64,000 nt of DNA from Candidatus Hydrogenedentota bacterium. Its GTDB lineage: Bacteria > Hydrogenedentota > Hydrogenedentia > Hydrogenedentales > SLHB01. Shown piece by piece: positions 10,476 through 20,185 of this stretch (the stretch's first letter is position 1; each line of letters opens with the position of its first letter). Made by a program: the position numbers and the translations under genes. Under the pieces are notes generated by a model. It saw only the letters and a list, made by a program, of their open reading frames with translations. It did not search any database and had not been told where the DNA came from. The stretch lies in the NCBI GenBank assembly GCA_963745075.1, contig CAVUWV010000009.1, positions 32,001-96,000 on the forward strand, read 5' to 3'.

Positions 10476-11084
10476 ATGGAAGTATTGATTGCGGAAGATG
10501 ATCCCACCTCCCGGCGCATGCTGGAAGCGATTCTTCAAAAGTGGGACTACAAGGTGCGTACCGAGGCGGACGGCGCGCGCGCGCTCGCCGCGTTGCAGGA
10601 GGACGACGCGCCACGATTGGCGCTCCTGGACTGGATGATGCCCGGGATGGACGGAATCGAAGTCTGCCGTCGCATCCGTGAACTAGAAAAAAACGCACTG
10701 CCCTATATTATCCTGGTTACTGCCCGCGCCAAGAAGTCGGACATCGCTTTCGGTCTGAACGCGGGCGCGAACGACTACGTCGTAAAACCCTTCGACCGCG
10801 ACGAGCTACGGGCCCGAATCGGCGCCGGCGAACGGATCGTCTCGCTCGAGCTGGCGTTGATGGACCGTATCGCGCAGCTTGAAAAGGCGCTGGACCATAT
10901 CAAGACACTCCAGGGAATTCTCCCCATCTGCATGTACTGCCGGCGCATCCAAAACGACGAGGCGACCTGGCAGCGGCTCGACGAGTATGTCACCCTCCAT
11001 TCCGATGCGGAATTCAGCCACGGCATCTGCCCGGAGTGCACGGCCAAGTATCATCCGGAATTGCTGGAGGGTGGTGGAGAATAG
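10476..11084 (+). CDS. Response regulator with Cys-rich C-terminal domain
   Basis: REC domain (AEDD, LDWMMPGMDG, KPF) followed by LPICMYCRRIQ...FSHGICPEC. Confidence 0.9.
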   Translation: MEVLIAEDDPTSRRMLEAILQKWDYKVRTEADGARALAALQEDDAPRLALLDWMMPGMDGIEVCRRIRELEKNALPYIILVTARAKKSDIAFGLNAGANDYVVKPFDRDELRARIGAGERIVSLELALMDRIAQLEKALDHIKTLQGILPICMYCRRIQNDEATWQRLDEYVTLHSDAEFSHGICPECTAKYHPELLEGGGE

Positions 11085-11175
11085 GATAATGCGGCCCCAT
11101 TTCACGCTTGGCCGGCAGGGGTGAAGTGACAGCCGATCCCGTTGCCGCAGAAAGTTCGGAAGGAGATGTGCAACC

Positions 11176-12651
11176 ATGCTTGAAACGGTCGACCTCAAGG
11201 CTCGCCTGACGAAATCCGAATCGAAAAAAGCACTGGAGCGCCTGGACCTTGAACTCGCGCAATTACAGCGCGACCTCCAGCCGGACGGGTCCCCCGTGCT
11301 CGTGGTATTCGAAGGGTGGGACGCCGCCGGCAAGGGGTCCGTGCTGAATCGGTTGCTCCAACCCTTGGATCCGCGCGGCTACAAAGTACACAACATTAAA
11401 GAGCCGACCGAGGAAGAGCGAATGCGCCCTGCGCTGTGGCGATTCTGGCTCACCGCCCCCGCTCGCGGATCGATTGCCATATACAACCATAGCTGGTACC
11501 GGCAAGTCCTTAACGAAAGGGTCGAAGGAGACTCGGGCCGCGCTGGGTTACAAGAGGCCTACGAGCGCATCCGCACGTTTGAACGGCAGCTCCAGGAAGA
11601 CGGCGCCATGGTCGTCAAGTTCTTCTTCCACATTTCCAAGAAGGAGCAGGCCAAGCGTTTCAAGCGAATCAGCAAAGACACAGCCTTCGCGTGGAAGGTC
11701 GGCAAGGCGGAGCGAAAACGACACAAGAAATACAACGACTACTACGAAGCCACGGAGGACATGCTTCGCGAAACGTCCACCTCATACGCGCCGTGGACGA
11801 TCGTCCCCGCCACCGATGAAGAATTTGCGGAGGTCATGGTCGTCGAAACGTTGCACGCGGCGCTGAAAGCGGCCGTTACGCATCGGGACACCGCGCCGGC
11901 CGCCGCGATTGTTTCGCCGCCGCGCCGGACGAGTCCCCTCGACCGCGTGGACTTGTCCGTCGATATCGCCCGGAAGGACTATGACAAAGCCTTGCCTAAG
12001 CTCCAGGCCGAAACCCGAAGGCTGCAGCATCGCTGTTATTTCAAGCGCACCCCCGTCATCGTCGTATACGAAGGGTGGGACGCCTCGGGTAAGGGTGGAA
12101 ACATCCGGCGGCTCACACGCGGACTGGATCCCCGGGGCTACGAGGTGGTCCCCATTGGCGCGCCCCAGGGCGAAGAGAAGCGTCGCCACTACCTCTGGCG
12201 TTTCTGGTCCGCACTTCCGAAAGCCGGCCACATCACCATCTTCGACCGGAGTTGGTATGGCCGCGTACTTGTTGAGCGCGTCGAAGGCTTCGCCGCTCCG
12301 CACGAATGGGAGCGCGCCTACCGCGAAATCAGTGAGTTCGAACAGCAATTGGTGGAATTCGGAACCGTGCTGGTGAAATTCTATCTTCACATTTCCAAGG
12401 ATGAACAACTCAAACGGTTCCAGGAACGCGAAGAACAACCGCACAAGCGATGGAAGATCACCGATGAGGACTGGCGGAACCGGGAGCGGTGGGAGGATTA
12501 CTGGGACCCCGTCTCCGATATGATCGAACGCACGTCCACGCCGCACGCCCCTTGGATCATTGTTGAAGGCAACGACAAACGATTCGCGCGGATCAAGGCT
12601 TTGCGCACCGTCAACGAACGGCTCTCGGCCGCCCTCGGCGAGTCGGGTTGA
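11176..12651 (+). CDS. pap: Two-domain polyphosphate kinase 2 (polyphosphate:AMP phosphotransferase type)
   Basis: Duplicated [10 protein letters not shown] / [11 protein letters not shown]alker A and LDPRG motifs; [27 protein letters not shown]. Confidence 0.92.
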   Translation: MLETVDLKARLTKSESKKALERLDLELAQLQRDLQPDGSPVLVVFEGWDAAGKGSVLNRLLQPLDPRGYKVHNIKEPTEEERMRPALWRFWLTAPARGSIAIYNHSWYRQVLNERVEGDSGRAGLQEAYERIRTFERQLQEDGAMVVKFFFHISKKEQAKRFKRISKDTAFAWKVGKAERKRHKKYNDYYEATEDMLRETSTSYAPWTIVPATDEEFAEVMVVETLHAALKAAVTHRDTAPAAAIVSPPRRTSPLDRVDLSVDIARKDYDKALPKLQAETRRLQHRCYFKRTPVIVVYEGWDASGKGGNIRRLTRGLDPRGYEVVPIGAPQGEEKRRHYLWRFWSALPKAGHITIFDRSWYGRVLVERVEGFAAPHEWERAYREISEFEQQLVEFGTVLVKFYLHISKDEQLKRFQEREEQPHKRWKITDEDWRNRERWEDYWDPVSDMIERTSTPHAPWIIVEGNDKRFARIKALRTVNERLSAALGESG

Positions 12652-13676
12652 CGAAGCCGGTGAGGACCGTTCCGTACCGCGTGCCGTACCGTGGAGGGTT
12701 TCGTTTCACCGGTTCTTCGATAGCCGGGTTTACCCTCGTCGAGCTGCTGGTCGTTATCTCCGTCATCGGGATTCTAGCCGCGATACTGTTGCCGTCGCTC
12801 GCCCGGGCCCGCGAGGCGGCGCGGCGGACGGCCTGCCAGAACAACCTTCGGCAATTCGGCCTCGTCTTTGCCATGTACGCGGGCGAAAACGATGGCGATT
12901 TCCCTCCGCCTGCACCGTTCGGAAGCGTTCGGGCGGACAGCTTATCTTCCCCCCTGTTCGAAGCGCCCCGCGGGCTCAGTCTGGTACCCGAATACCTGAC
13001 CGATGCGAATATCGCCCAGTGCCCCTCGGACGCGGGTTCGGACCCTGGATGGGCGAGCGTTGGCCCCCGTGTGCCCGCCGGCACCATCGATTTCGATGCC
13101 TGGCAACGCGACGCACTGGACGCGCACGACGATGTCTCGTACGACTATTACCTGTCCGCGGAACTCGCGCGTTCGTACATGTACAAAGGATACGTGGCGG
13201 CAAACAGTCCCGAATACTACGGAATATGGGGAGCGAAAACGACAAACCCTGCCGTGGGCGACGTGGCCATTCGCGGTCTCGGTACGGTCAGGTACAAGGA
13301 CTATACGGTCGACTTGCCAATCGAACCGGGGATTTGGCCTCCCTGGGTTCCGTCACCCCCGTTCGCATCGGGAACTTCAGGCTCGGGCACCGTGTTCCGC
13401 ATTCGGTCCGGCATCGCGCGCTTCTACCTCACCGACATCAACAACCCGGCCCAGTCCGCACGCGCGACAAGCACAATCCCTGTGATGTGGGATACGTTCG
13501 GCAGCGGCGAGTTCAGCGATAACGAAGACGGCGGCGTCGTGTTCAACCACATCCCGGGCGGAAGCAACGTCCTCTACATGGACGGTCACGTTCGTTTTGT
13601 TCGATTCCCAGGGGGATTCCCGATCGTAAACAATGAGCAGGTCGTGAAAGAGAACAGCCACCACGGACTCGGTTAG
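12648..13676 (+). CDS. Prepilin-type N-terminal cleavage/methylation protein, DUF1559 / H-X9-DG family
   Basis: [45 protein letters not shown]-terminal [15 protein letters not shown]. Confidence 0.92.
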   Translation: MTKPVRTVPYRVPYRGGFRFTGSSIAGFTLVELLVVISVIGILAAILLPSLARAREAARRTACQNNLRQFGLVFAMYAGENDGDFPPPAPFGSVRADSLSSPLFEAPRGLSLVPEYLTDANIAQCPSDAGSDPGWASVGPRVPAGTIDFDAWQRDALDAHDDVSYDYYLSAELARSYMYKGYVAANSPEYYGIWGAKTTNPAVGDVAIRGLGTVRYKDYTVDLPIEPGIWPPWVPSPPFASGTSGSGTVFRIRSGIARFYLTDINNPAQSARATSTIPVMWDTFGSGEFSDNEDGGVVFNHIPGGSNVLYMDGHVRFVRFPGGFPIVNNEQVVKENSHHGLG

Positions 13677-13699
13677 CGAGGAAAAGAATGGGGGAGGCG

Positions 13700-14029
13700 T
13701 CAGTTACCGCTCATCGAGCGTGACTTGTACGGCATACCGATGGGCGGGTTCTGATCGGCGGAATGACTCGACTTATACTTCTGCTTCTTGGAAGGCTCGC
13801 GGCTGCTCAACGTATTGCGACGCTTCTTCAATGGCTCCCGCGAATTGTACGTCTCTTTGCTTCCGCCGGTATAAGTGCTTGGACTCAAGGCCTTTACTGC
13901 GGTGTTGGCCGCTGTGTTCACCACGGAGTTTGCGAGACTGTTGACGGACTGCAAGGTGCCACAGCCCGGTACCAGCAAGGCCGCCGCCGCCAACAAAACC
14001 ACACAGCCCATCCCACGAACGATTCGCAT
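13700..14029 (-). CDS. Putative small lipoprotein
   Basis: SD GAGGGG before MRIVRG; hydrophobic leader ending in lipobox-like LVPGC; basic C-terminus. Confidence 0.55.
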   Translation of the reverse strand: MRIVRGMGCVVLLAAAALLVPGCGTLQSVNSLANSVVNTAANTAVKALSPSTYTGGSKETYNSREPLKKRRNTLSSREPSKKQKYKSSHSADQNPPIGMPYKSRSMSGN

Positions 14030-14198
14030 GTTCTGCACCCCTCGAAGCATACCCATACAATAAATAAGTTGACCGCTCAGGTCAAGAGTTTTTCGGGACC
14101 GTTATACGCGGTGGTTTCGCGCCCCGACGTTGATTCGATATCGCATACGTGTTTGAATGGGCTCCGATTCAGCCAGGAACAACGAAAGGATATCACAG

Positions 14199-14930
14199 GT
14201 GGTTCAAACCAGGCCCGAGGCGATACTCTTTGACATGGGCGGCGTTCTCCTCGAATCGGCGGATATGTGGGACGACTCAGGCTTCCATAAGTCGTTTCCT
14301 GACGGACTTCCCGAGCCGATTTTGGAGCAATGGTTCCTCGATATGTCCAAAGCGCTGATCCGGGCGTACGAGGCCTTGCCACAACCCCGTCACGGCATGG
14401 ACCCCCGTCCATTGATCGCGGAATGGCTTCCGAAAGCACAGGTGGACCCAACGCCGGAAGCTATCGAACGCTGGTACCGGATTATGACGCGATGGGAGGT
14501 CCGGCCCCTCTATCCCTTCGTTCGGAACACGTTGGAATCGTTGCGCGCCATGGGTTTCCGGCTGGGTTTGATCTCAAACACCCTGCTGGTCAGCGATGGG
14601 CATCGAACGCTGTTTCGCGAGGGTGGCATACTCGATCTGTTTGAATTCATGGTGTTTTCGGCCGAATTCGGTATGAACAAGCCAGACCCCTCTATCTTTC
14701 GCCACGCCCTGGAGTCCATGAAACTCGCCGCCGACCAAGCCTGGTATGTGGGGGACAAACCACACCGCGACGTGTGCGGCGCGCATCGCGTCGGAATGAC
14801 TGCGGTTCTGGTCGACAGTACGTACCACGACCGCATCCAGGATGCTCCGGAAAACGAGCCCGAGTTGCTGATCCCGGACATCTCGGCGCTGCCTGCGTTG
14901 CTGGGGGCTATTGAAGTTTCCTCGAACTGA
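14199..14930 (+). CDS. HAD-superfamily hydrolase
   Basis: ILFDMGGVL, LISN, KPDPSIF and YVGD motifs; GTG start after SD AAAGGA. Confidence 0.88.
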   Translation: MVQTRPEAILFDMGGVLLESADMWDDSGFHKSFPDGLPEPILEQWFLDMSKALIRAYEALPQPRHGMDPRPLIAEWLPKAQVDPTPEAIERWYRIMTRWEVRPLYPFVRNTLESLRAMGFRLGLISNTLLVSDGHRTLFREGGILDLFEFMVFSAEFGMNKPDPSIFRHALESMKLAADQAWYVGDKPHRDVCGAHRVGMTAVLVDSTYHDRIQDAPENEPELLIPDISALPALLGAIEVSSN

Positions 14931-15971
14931 TTATGCGTCGGGCGGGGCCACGGGCATGAGGATAGAGAAGCGCGCCCCGCCATCGAGGCCATTTTCAAAA
15001 GAAACCGTGCCCCCATGGGCCGCAATAATGCGGTGTGCGATCGTGAGCCCAAGGCCGGTTCCACCTTCTTTTTTGGTGAAGAAGGGCCGAAACACGTCCT
15101 CGCCGGGTTGGAGTTTGATCCCGGGGCCATTGTCTGCGATCGTGAACAAGACGTCATCGTCCGATGCCTCGACCCGGATGCTTACCCGTCCGTCGCGGCC
15201 TACCGCTTCGATGGCGTTATTCGCGATATTCGAGAGCGACTGGGCGACCCGGTACAGGTCGGCATGGATCTTGATATCCAACGGACATTTCGTCTCTATG
15301 GTTACTTTCTTTTGCTCCGCCCTCCGGCGGCAAAGCTGCACCGTGCGCTCGACGATGGCGTCGGCTGTACACTTCCCGCGCTGCAACTCGAAGGGACGCG
15401 CAAACCCCAGGAATTGGGAAATCAACCGCTCCAAGGCGGAGGTCTCCCGAAGGATCGTCTGTGCCGCGTTCAACCGCTCATCTTCGGGATCCAATTTTCG
15501 GATCAGCAATTCCGCCATACCGCTGATGATGCTGACCGGGTTCCGCAGTTCGTGAACGACCCCGGCCGTGAGTTCGCCGAGTGCGGCAAGTTGACGGTTC
15601 AACTCCGCGGACCGCTCCAACCGAACGCGTTCGGTCATGTCGGTGAACAGCACAATAATGCCGTTGAGCGATTCTTCGCCCGCATGGACCGACGCGCTCA
15701 GGCCGATTTGCTTCACGACACCGCTCGGGAGTGCCAGCGTCACCTCGTGGCGCGAAATGGGTTCGCCGGAGTCGGTAACGCTTGCGAGCACATCCGCCAG
15801 CGGCGTGGCATTGGGCACATCGTCCAGCGCGGTTCCAGGAGCCAGTGCGGAGGGATCGACGTCCAGATAGGCGGCGGCGGCCGGATTCGCCATGACGATT
15901 CGGCCCGCGCGGTCGAGGGCAATGACCCCGCTGCCGAGATTGTTCACGATTTGTTCATACAAATTGAGCAT
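14931..15971 (-). CDS. PAS-domain (NtrB-like) sensor histidine kinase
   Basis: PAS, AGVVHELRNP, NIANNAIEA, DNGPGI and FFTKKEGGTGLGL. Confidence 0.92.
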   Translation of the reverse strand: MLNLYEQIVNNLGSGVIALDRAGRIVMANPAAAAYLDVDPSALAPGTALDDVPNATPLADVLASVTDSGEPISRHEVTLALPSGVVKQIGLSASVHAGEESLNGIIVLFTDMTERVRLERSAELNRQLAALGELTAGVVHELRNPVSIISGMAELLIRKLDPEDERLNAAQTILRETSALERLISQFLGFARPFELQRGKCTADAIVERTVQLCRRRAEQKKVTIETKCPLDIKIHADLYRVAQSLSNIANNAIEAVGRDGRVSIRVEASDDDVLFTIADNGPGIKLQPGEDVFRPFFTKKEGGTGLGLTIAHRIIAAHGGTVSFENGLDGGARFSILMPVAPPDA

Positions 15972-16032
15972 GCGCTACAAGGCTTTGCCCTGCCCTCTGG
16001 ATTCTACCCCGTTGTGTCGCGCCGCCAGTGTG

Positions 16033-16881
16033 TCAGATCCGGCTTCGGATTTCACGTGCCAGCGCCACGAACTCGTCGAGGCTCATGGTCTGCGGACGAC
16101 GCGACGGATCGATCCCCGTAGCCTCGAACGCAGCCAGAACGGCGTCTTTCGGCGCGCCAAATGCACCCGCCCGCGTCAACGAGTTGCGCAAGGTTTTTCG
16201 GCGCTGGCTAAAGGCGGACCGGATAATCCGCATCACGAACTTTGCGGGGATGTCCGGGTATGGATTCTCCGCGTGACATCGCATTCGAACGATGCAACTG
16301 TCGACCCGGGGTTGCGGCCGGAAACAGGTGCGCGGCACATGATGGACGATGTCGACCTCCGAATAGAGCGCGGCGGCCAGTGCCAGCACGCCGTAGGCGG
16401 GGCCACCGACCGGATCGACCATGCGCAGCGCCACCTCTTCCTGCGTCATTACGACCATCCGGTCGAAGTGCAGCGACGATTCCCAGAAGTGAAACAGGAC
16501 CGGCGTCGTGATGTAGTAGGGAAGGTTGGAAACCATCTTCAGCGTTTTCGCGCCGGGCAGGTACTCGGCGACGAGTTTCTCGAACGTCGTGATTGAGCGC
16601 GTCCCCCGAAATAGTTGCACCTTTTGATTGGTTCCGAACTGGTCCTCGAGACACGGCATGAATGACCGATCGATTTCGATCGCGAGTACCCGGCCGGCCC
16701 GTTCGGCCAGTCGGTGCGTCAACGCGCCCAAACCTGCGCCGACTTCAATCACGTCATCGGCATCACTGAGCGCCGCTGCATCCACCATAATGCGGTTGAT
16801 GTTCTCGTCAAGCAGCAGGTTTTGTCCCAACTGTTTCTTGAACGAGATGCCGTATTGCTCGCACAGATCCCGCAGCGCCAT
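16033..16881 (-). CDS. rsmA: 16S rRNA m6,2A dimethyltransferase (local compensating frameshift pair at 16582-16607)
   Basis: KKQLGQNLL, IEVGAGLGALT, VSNLPYYIT, FRPQPRVDS and QRRKTL. The expected GDAL motif is present in an adjacent frame for ~7 codons. Confidence 0.95.
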   Translation of the reverse strand: MALRDLCEQYGISFKKQLGQNLLLDENINRIMVDAAALSDADDVIEVGAGLGALTHRLAERAGRVLAIEIDRSFMPCLEDQFGTNQKVQLFRGTRSITTFEKLVAEYLPGAKTLKMVSNLPYYITTPVLFHFWESSLHFDRMVVMTQEEVALRMVDPVGGPAYGVLALAAALYSEVDIVHHVPRTCFRPQPRVDSCIVRMRCHAENPYPDIPAKFVMRIIRSAFSQRRKTLRNSLTRAGAFGAPKDAVLAAFEATGIDPSRRPQTMSLDEFVALAREIRSRI

Positions 16882-17091
16882 GTGTTCGCCGATCTCCCCG
16901 TTGTAGCGTGTGACTCGCCACGGACGAAAGCAGCGGAAGCCGGCTGGCTTCCGCTCGCGGGCAGTGTACCAAAGGGGCGCGCAACCTCACAACGATCGGC
17001 TTGAGTGGGTGCTCATGCTACCCCATTTTACGTTGACCGTTTGGTGAGGCGCTGATATGATCGTCCCGGCTGCATTGGGGAGTTGGCCGGC

Positions 17092-18733
17092 ATGGCGAAA
17101 GTAGAGATAGAACAACCCGGAGTACCGCCGATTTCCGTGCCCTTGGACAAGGATACGGTTCATCTGGGGCGCGCCGAAGACAACGACGCGGCGTTGGTCG
17201 CGGACGAAGTCTCCCGCCATCACGCCAAAATCGTGCGCCGGGGACCGCAGTTCGTCTTGTACGACCTCAGCAGCCTTAACGGCACCTACGTCAACCGGCA
17301 ACGCGTGGTTGAGCGCGTGCTTTCCGACAAGGATGAAATTTGGCTTGGCAGCAAATGCCGGATCATGTTTCAGGAGGAAGCGCCGGCGCACCCTTCGCCG
17401 ACGAAAGAGGTGGATTCGGCGCTGATGCAGGATCTCGACAAGATTCGCGCGGAAATGGAGAGCGTCGGAAACAGCATGACCCTCATCGGCATGCAGGCCA
17501 AGACGCCGACGCCGACCGCACCCCACACTCCCGTGATTTCGCAGGAAGATATCGTGAAAATGGGTCGCGCTTTCCGCCGGCTCGACGCGTTGTACAAGGC
17601 CAGCAAGGTTATTGCATCCGAGTTCGATCTCCACAACCGGCTGTCGGCGGTTCTAGACACCGCGATTGAGGTCATGGGCGCACAACGCGGGTTCATCATG
17701 CTGAAGGACGAACTTGACGATACCCTCAAAGTCCGTGTTGCCCGGGCGATGGGGCAGGAATTACAGTCCAGCTCGCCCAGCATGGGCATCGCTGGACGCG
17801 CCGCCTCTGATGGTGAACCGGTACTGATGGCCAAACGCGACGAAGACTCGCAGTTTGGCGGCCGGGCGAGCATCATTCGCCAGCAAATCTCCAGCGCCAT
17901 GTGTGTACCCCTGAAAATCGAGGACCGCATTCTGGGTTCAATCTACCTCGACACCCGTGTCCCAACCCATACATTTATCGAGGAGGATCTCGAACTCTTC
18001 GCAACCCTTGCCGCTCAGTCCGCGATGGCTATCGAGAACGTCCAGCTCTACGAGCGCATGGTCGAGGCGGAGAAAAAGCGCGCAAACCTGGGACGATTTC
18101 TTTCGCCGTCTATCGTCGACGAAATCATGAAAGAAGACACCGTCCTTGAATTGGGCGGGCGGAAACGGGTCGTGACGACGGTCTTTTGTGACGTCCGCGG
18201 GTTCACGCCCATCGCCGAACGGGTCTCCCCCACCGAACTCGTGGATATGCTCAACGAGCATTTTACCGCCATGACCGCCATCATCTTCGAATTGGAGGGC
18301 ACCCTCGACAAATACATCGGCGATGAAATCATGGCTGTCTTCGGATCTCCTCTTGAGCACGGACGACGACGCCTTACGCGCGGTCAAGGCCTCGGTCGCG
18401 ATTCAGAAGAAGAATGCAGAACTGAACGAGCGGCGAAAGCAGGCGGGACGACCACTGTTCGAGTTGGGCATTGGCGTGGCCACCGGGGAATCCATTGCCG
18501 GATACATCGGATCGCCCGACCGGATGGAGTTTACCGTCGTGGGTGACAAGGTGAACACGGCGCGACGCCTCTGCTCGCTGGCCGAACCCGGCCAGGTAAT
18601 CGTCTCCGAAGATACGTTCGAACTGATAAAGGATTCCGTCACCGCGCGGGCAATCGGGACAGTCATGCTGAAGGGCAAAGAGGAACCGGTCCACGCCTAC
18701 GAAATCGAAGGCGTCCGCCCGCAGTTTGGATGA
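17092..18733 (+). CDS. FHA-GAF-class III adenylate cyclase (one +1 frameshift near 18352-18362)
   Basis: FHA (LGR, VSRHHA, SLNGTYVN), GAF (SAMCVPL, GSIYLD), and cyclase motifs FCDVRGFT, DKYIGD, GIGVATG and FTVVGDKVNTARRL split over two frames. Confidence 0.9.
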
Positions 18734-18809
18734 GTTGCCGTCCCGATGAGGGGCGTTTCCGGTATGCGATCGTTTGGCTCGGGCCGCCGGGGAGTGGAGC
18801 GAAATCGAG

Positions 18810-19373
18810 TTACGGCCCGGTGGGGCGCTCGCCCCCGAGAGTCACAAGTTTCACGATGATGCCGATAAGCGCCACCGCCCCCAGCGCCAAGGCTATCTGC
18901 GGTCCCCACAACGTCAAGAATCCAGGACTTTCCGGTTGCTCCGTGGCTGTGTGGGTTGATAGTTCTTGAATCAGCGCATCTTCGTCATTCGCCTGCTGAC
19001 GCTGCTCTTCCAGCGCTAACGCCGACTCCCGCGCTTTTTCCGCGAACTCATACTGAGTCTTTGGAATCCAGGCGCCGGCTTTCGTTTTCACGAGACCCTG
19101 GTTGGCACGGTACTCGTCGAATCGCTGTTGCCTCGCTTGAGCGTCTTCATATTGCCAATCAAAGATAGCGCTCCGATTAAACGTCTTGCGCGTCGTCTGA
19201 TCATCCGGATAGTCGTACTGAAACTGCCAGACGTCCCCATTGGCTGTTACGCAGGTTCCGTAGAAGTCCTGCGCACTTTCGTCCTTGAGATCCACGTGGA
19301 CGGGCTTACCCAGTTCGGGCGCCTCCAACTGTCCCGTGATAACCGACGCAAAAAGAACTGTAACGAGTATCAT
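18810..19373 (-). CDS. Hypothetical exported protein with C-terminal TM anchor
   Basis: N-terminal hydrophobic stretch and C-terminal TM helix; TTGCGG-N17-TATACT promoter 6 nt upstream of the ATG. Confidence 0.6.
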   Translation of the reverse strand: MILVTVLFASVITGQLEAPELGKPVHVDLKDESAQDFYGTCVTANGDVWQFQYDYPDDQTTRKTFNRSAIFDWQYEDAQARQQRFDEYRANQGLVKTKAGAWIPKTQYEFAEKARESALALEEQRQQANDEDALIQELSTHTATEQPESPGFLTLWGPQIALALGAVALIGIIVKLVTLGGERPTGP

Positions 19374-19464
19374 AAAAGTAGTATAAGTGGCCCCGGTGTC
19401 TGCCGCAAGTCTGGCGCATCGGGTACGAAGGAAGGGACTTGGCTTTCAGAAGGATTCACGCCGC

Positions 19465-20067
19465 ATGCCTGAATCGGTCGCGTTTCTCCTATGCATTGCC
19501 ATCCTGGCGGTGGGTTCCGCGTTGGTAGTCTGGTATGCGCTGCGCTCGAGCCAACCGCAGGACCGCGCTTCCGGCCAGAGTTCTGGTAGCGTGGCGGAAT
19601 TGACCTGTGCGTCTTGCAGCAAGCCACTGGTGATCAACCGGGCGGACCTCACCGAACTGTCCAAGCCGGAAATCGCCTTGAGCGTCCGGGCGCAACCCAA
19701 ACTATCCGGAAAAAAGCTGGTCGAGTACGTGTGCCCGTATTGCGAAGCCTCCCACTGTTTTGCCGTCGAGGGACGGCGCTTGGAATGGGTCGGCATGAAT
19801 CTCTACTCCCCTCACGGCGGGGGCGCCCGGTGTATGGATTGTGGCAAGCCGCTGCGGACCGCCCCGTGGCCGCCGGGGACGTACGATGGGCGGCTGAATG
19901 AAGCACCGGCGATGCAGCCTGATTATGGTCTGGTCTGCTCCAAGTGTCACGCCATCGTCTGCTATGGTTGTACCCAACTCGCCACGCGTGGCCGGACGAA
20001 AGACGGTACCCTGGTGTGTCCTCGGTGCCAGAGATCGCCGGTGGACAAAACGTATCACCCGGTGTAA
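19465..20067 (+). CDS. Membrane-anchored multi-CxxC (zinc-ribbon) protein
   Basis: N-terminal TM, then CASC, CPYC, CMDC, CSKC, CYGC and CPRC. Confidence 0.7.
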   Translation: MPESVAFLLCIAILAVGSALVVWYALRSSQPQDRASGQSSGSVAELTCASCSKPLVINRADLTELSKPEIALSVRAQPKLSGKKLVEYVCPYCEASHCFAVEGRRLEWVGMNLYSPHGGGARCMDCGKPLRTAPWPPGTYDGRLNEAPAMQPDYGLVCSKCHAIVCYGCTQLATRGRTKDGTLVCPRCQRSPVDKTYHPV

Positions 20068-20185
20068 CGTGTTTTCCCGCCGTGGCTTGCGGTGTTCGGC
20101 GTCCTTGTCGAGGGAACCCGCGCCGGGTTCAAACGTATAGTAATTTCTAAGGTTTAGCTACGCCGAAGAGAGGGGTATTCTACCC

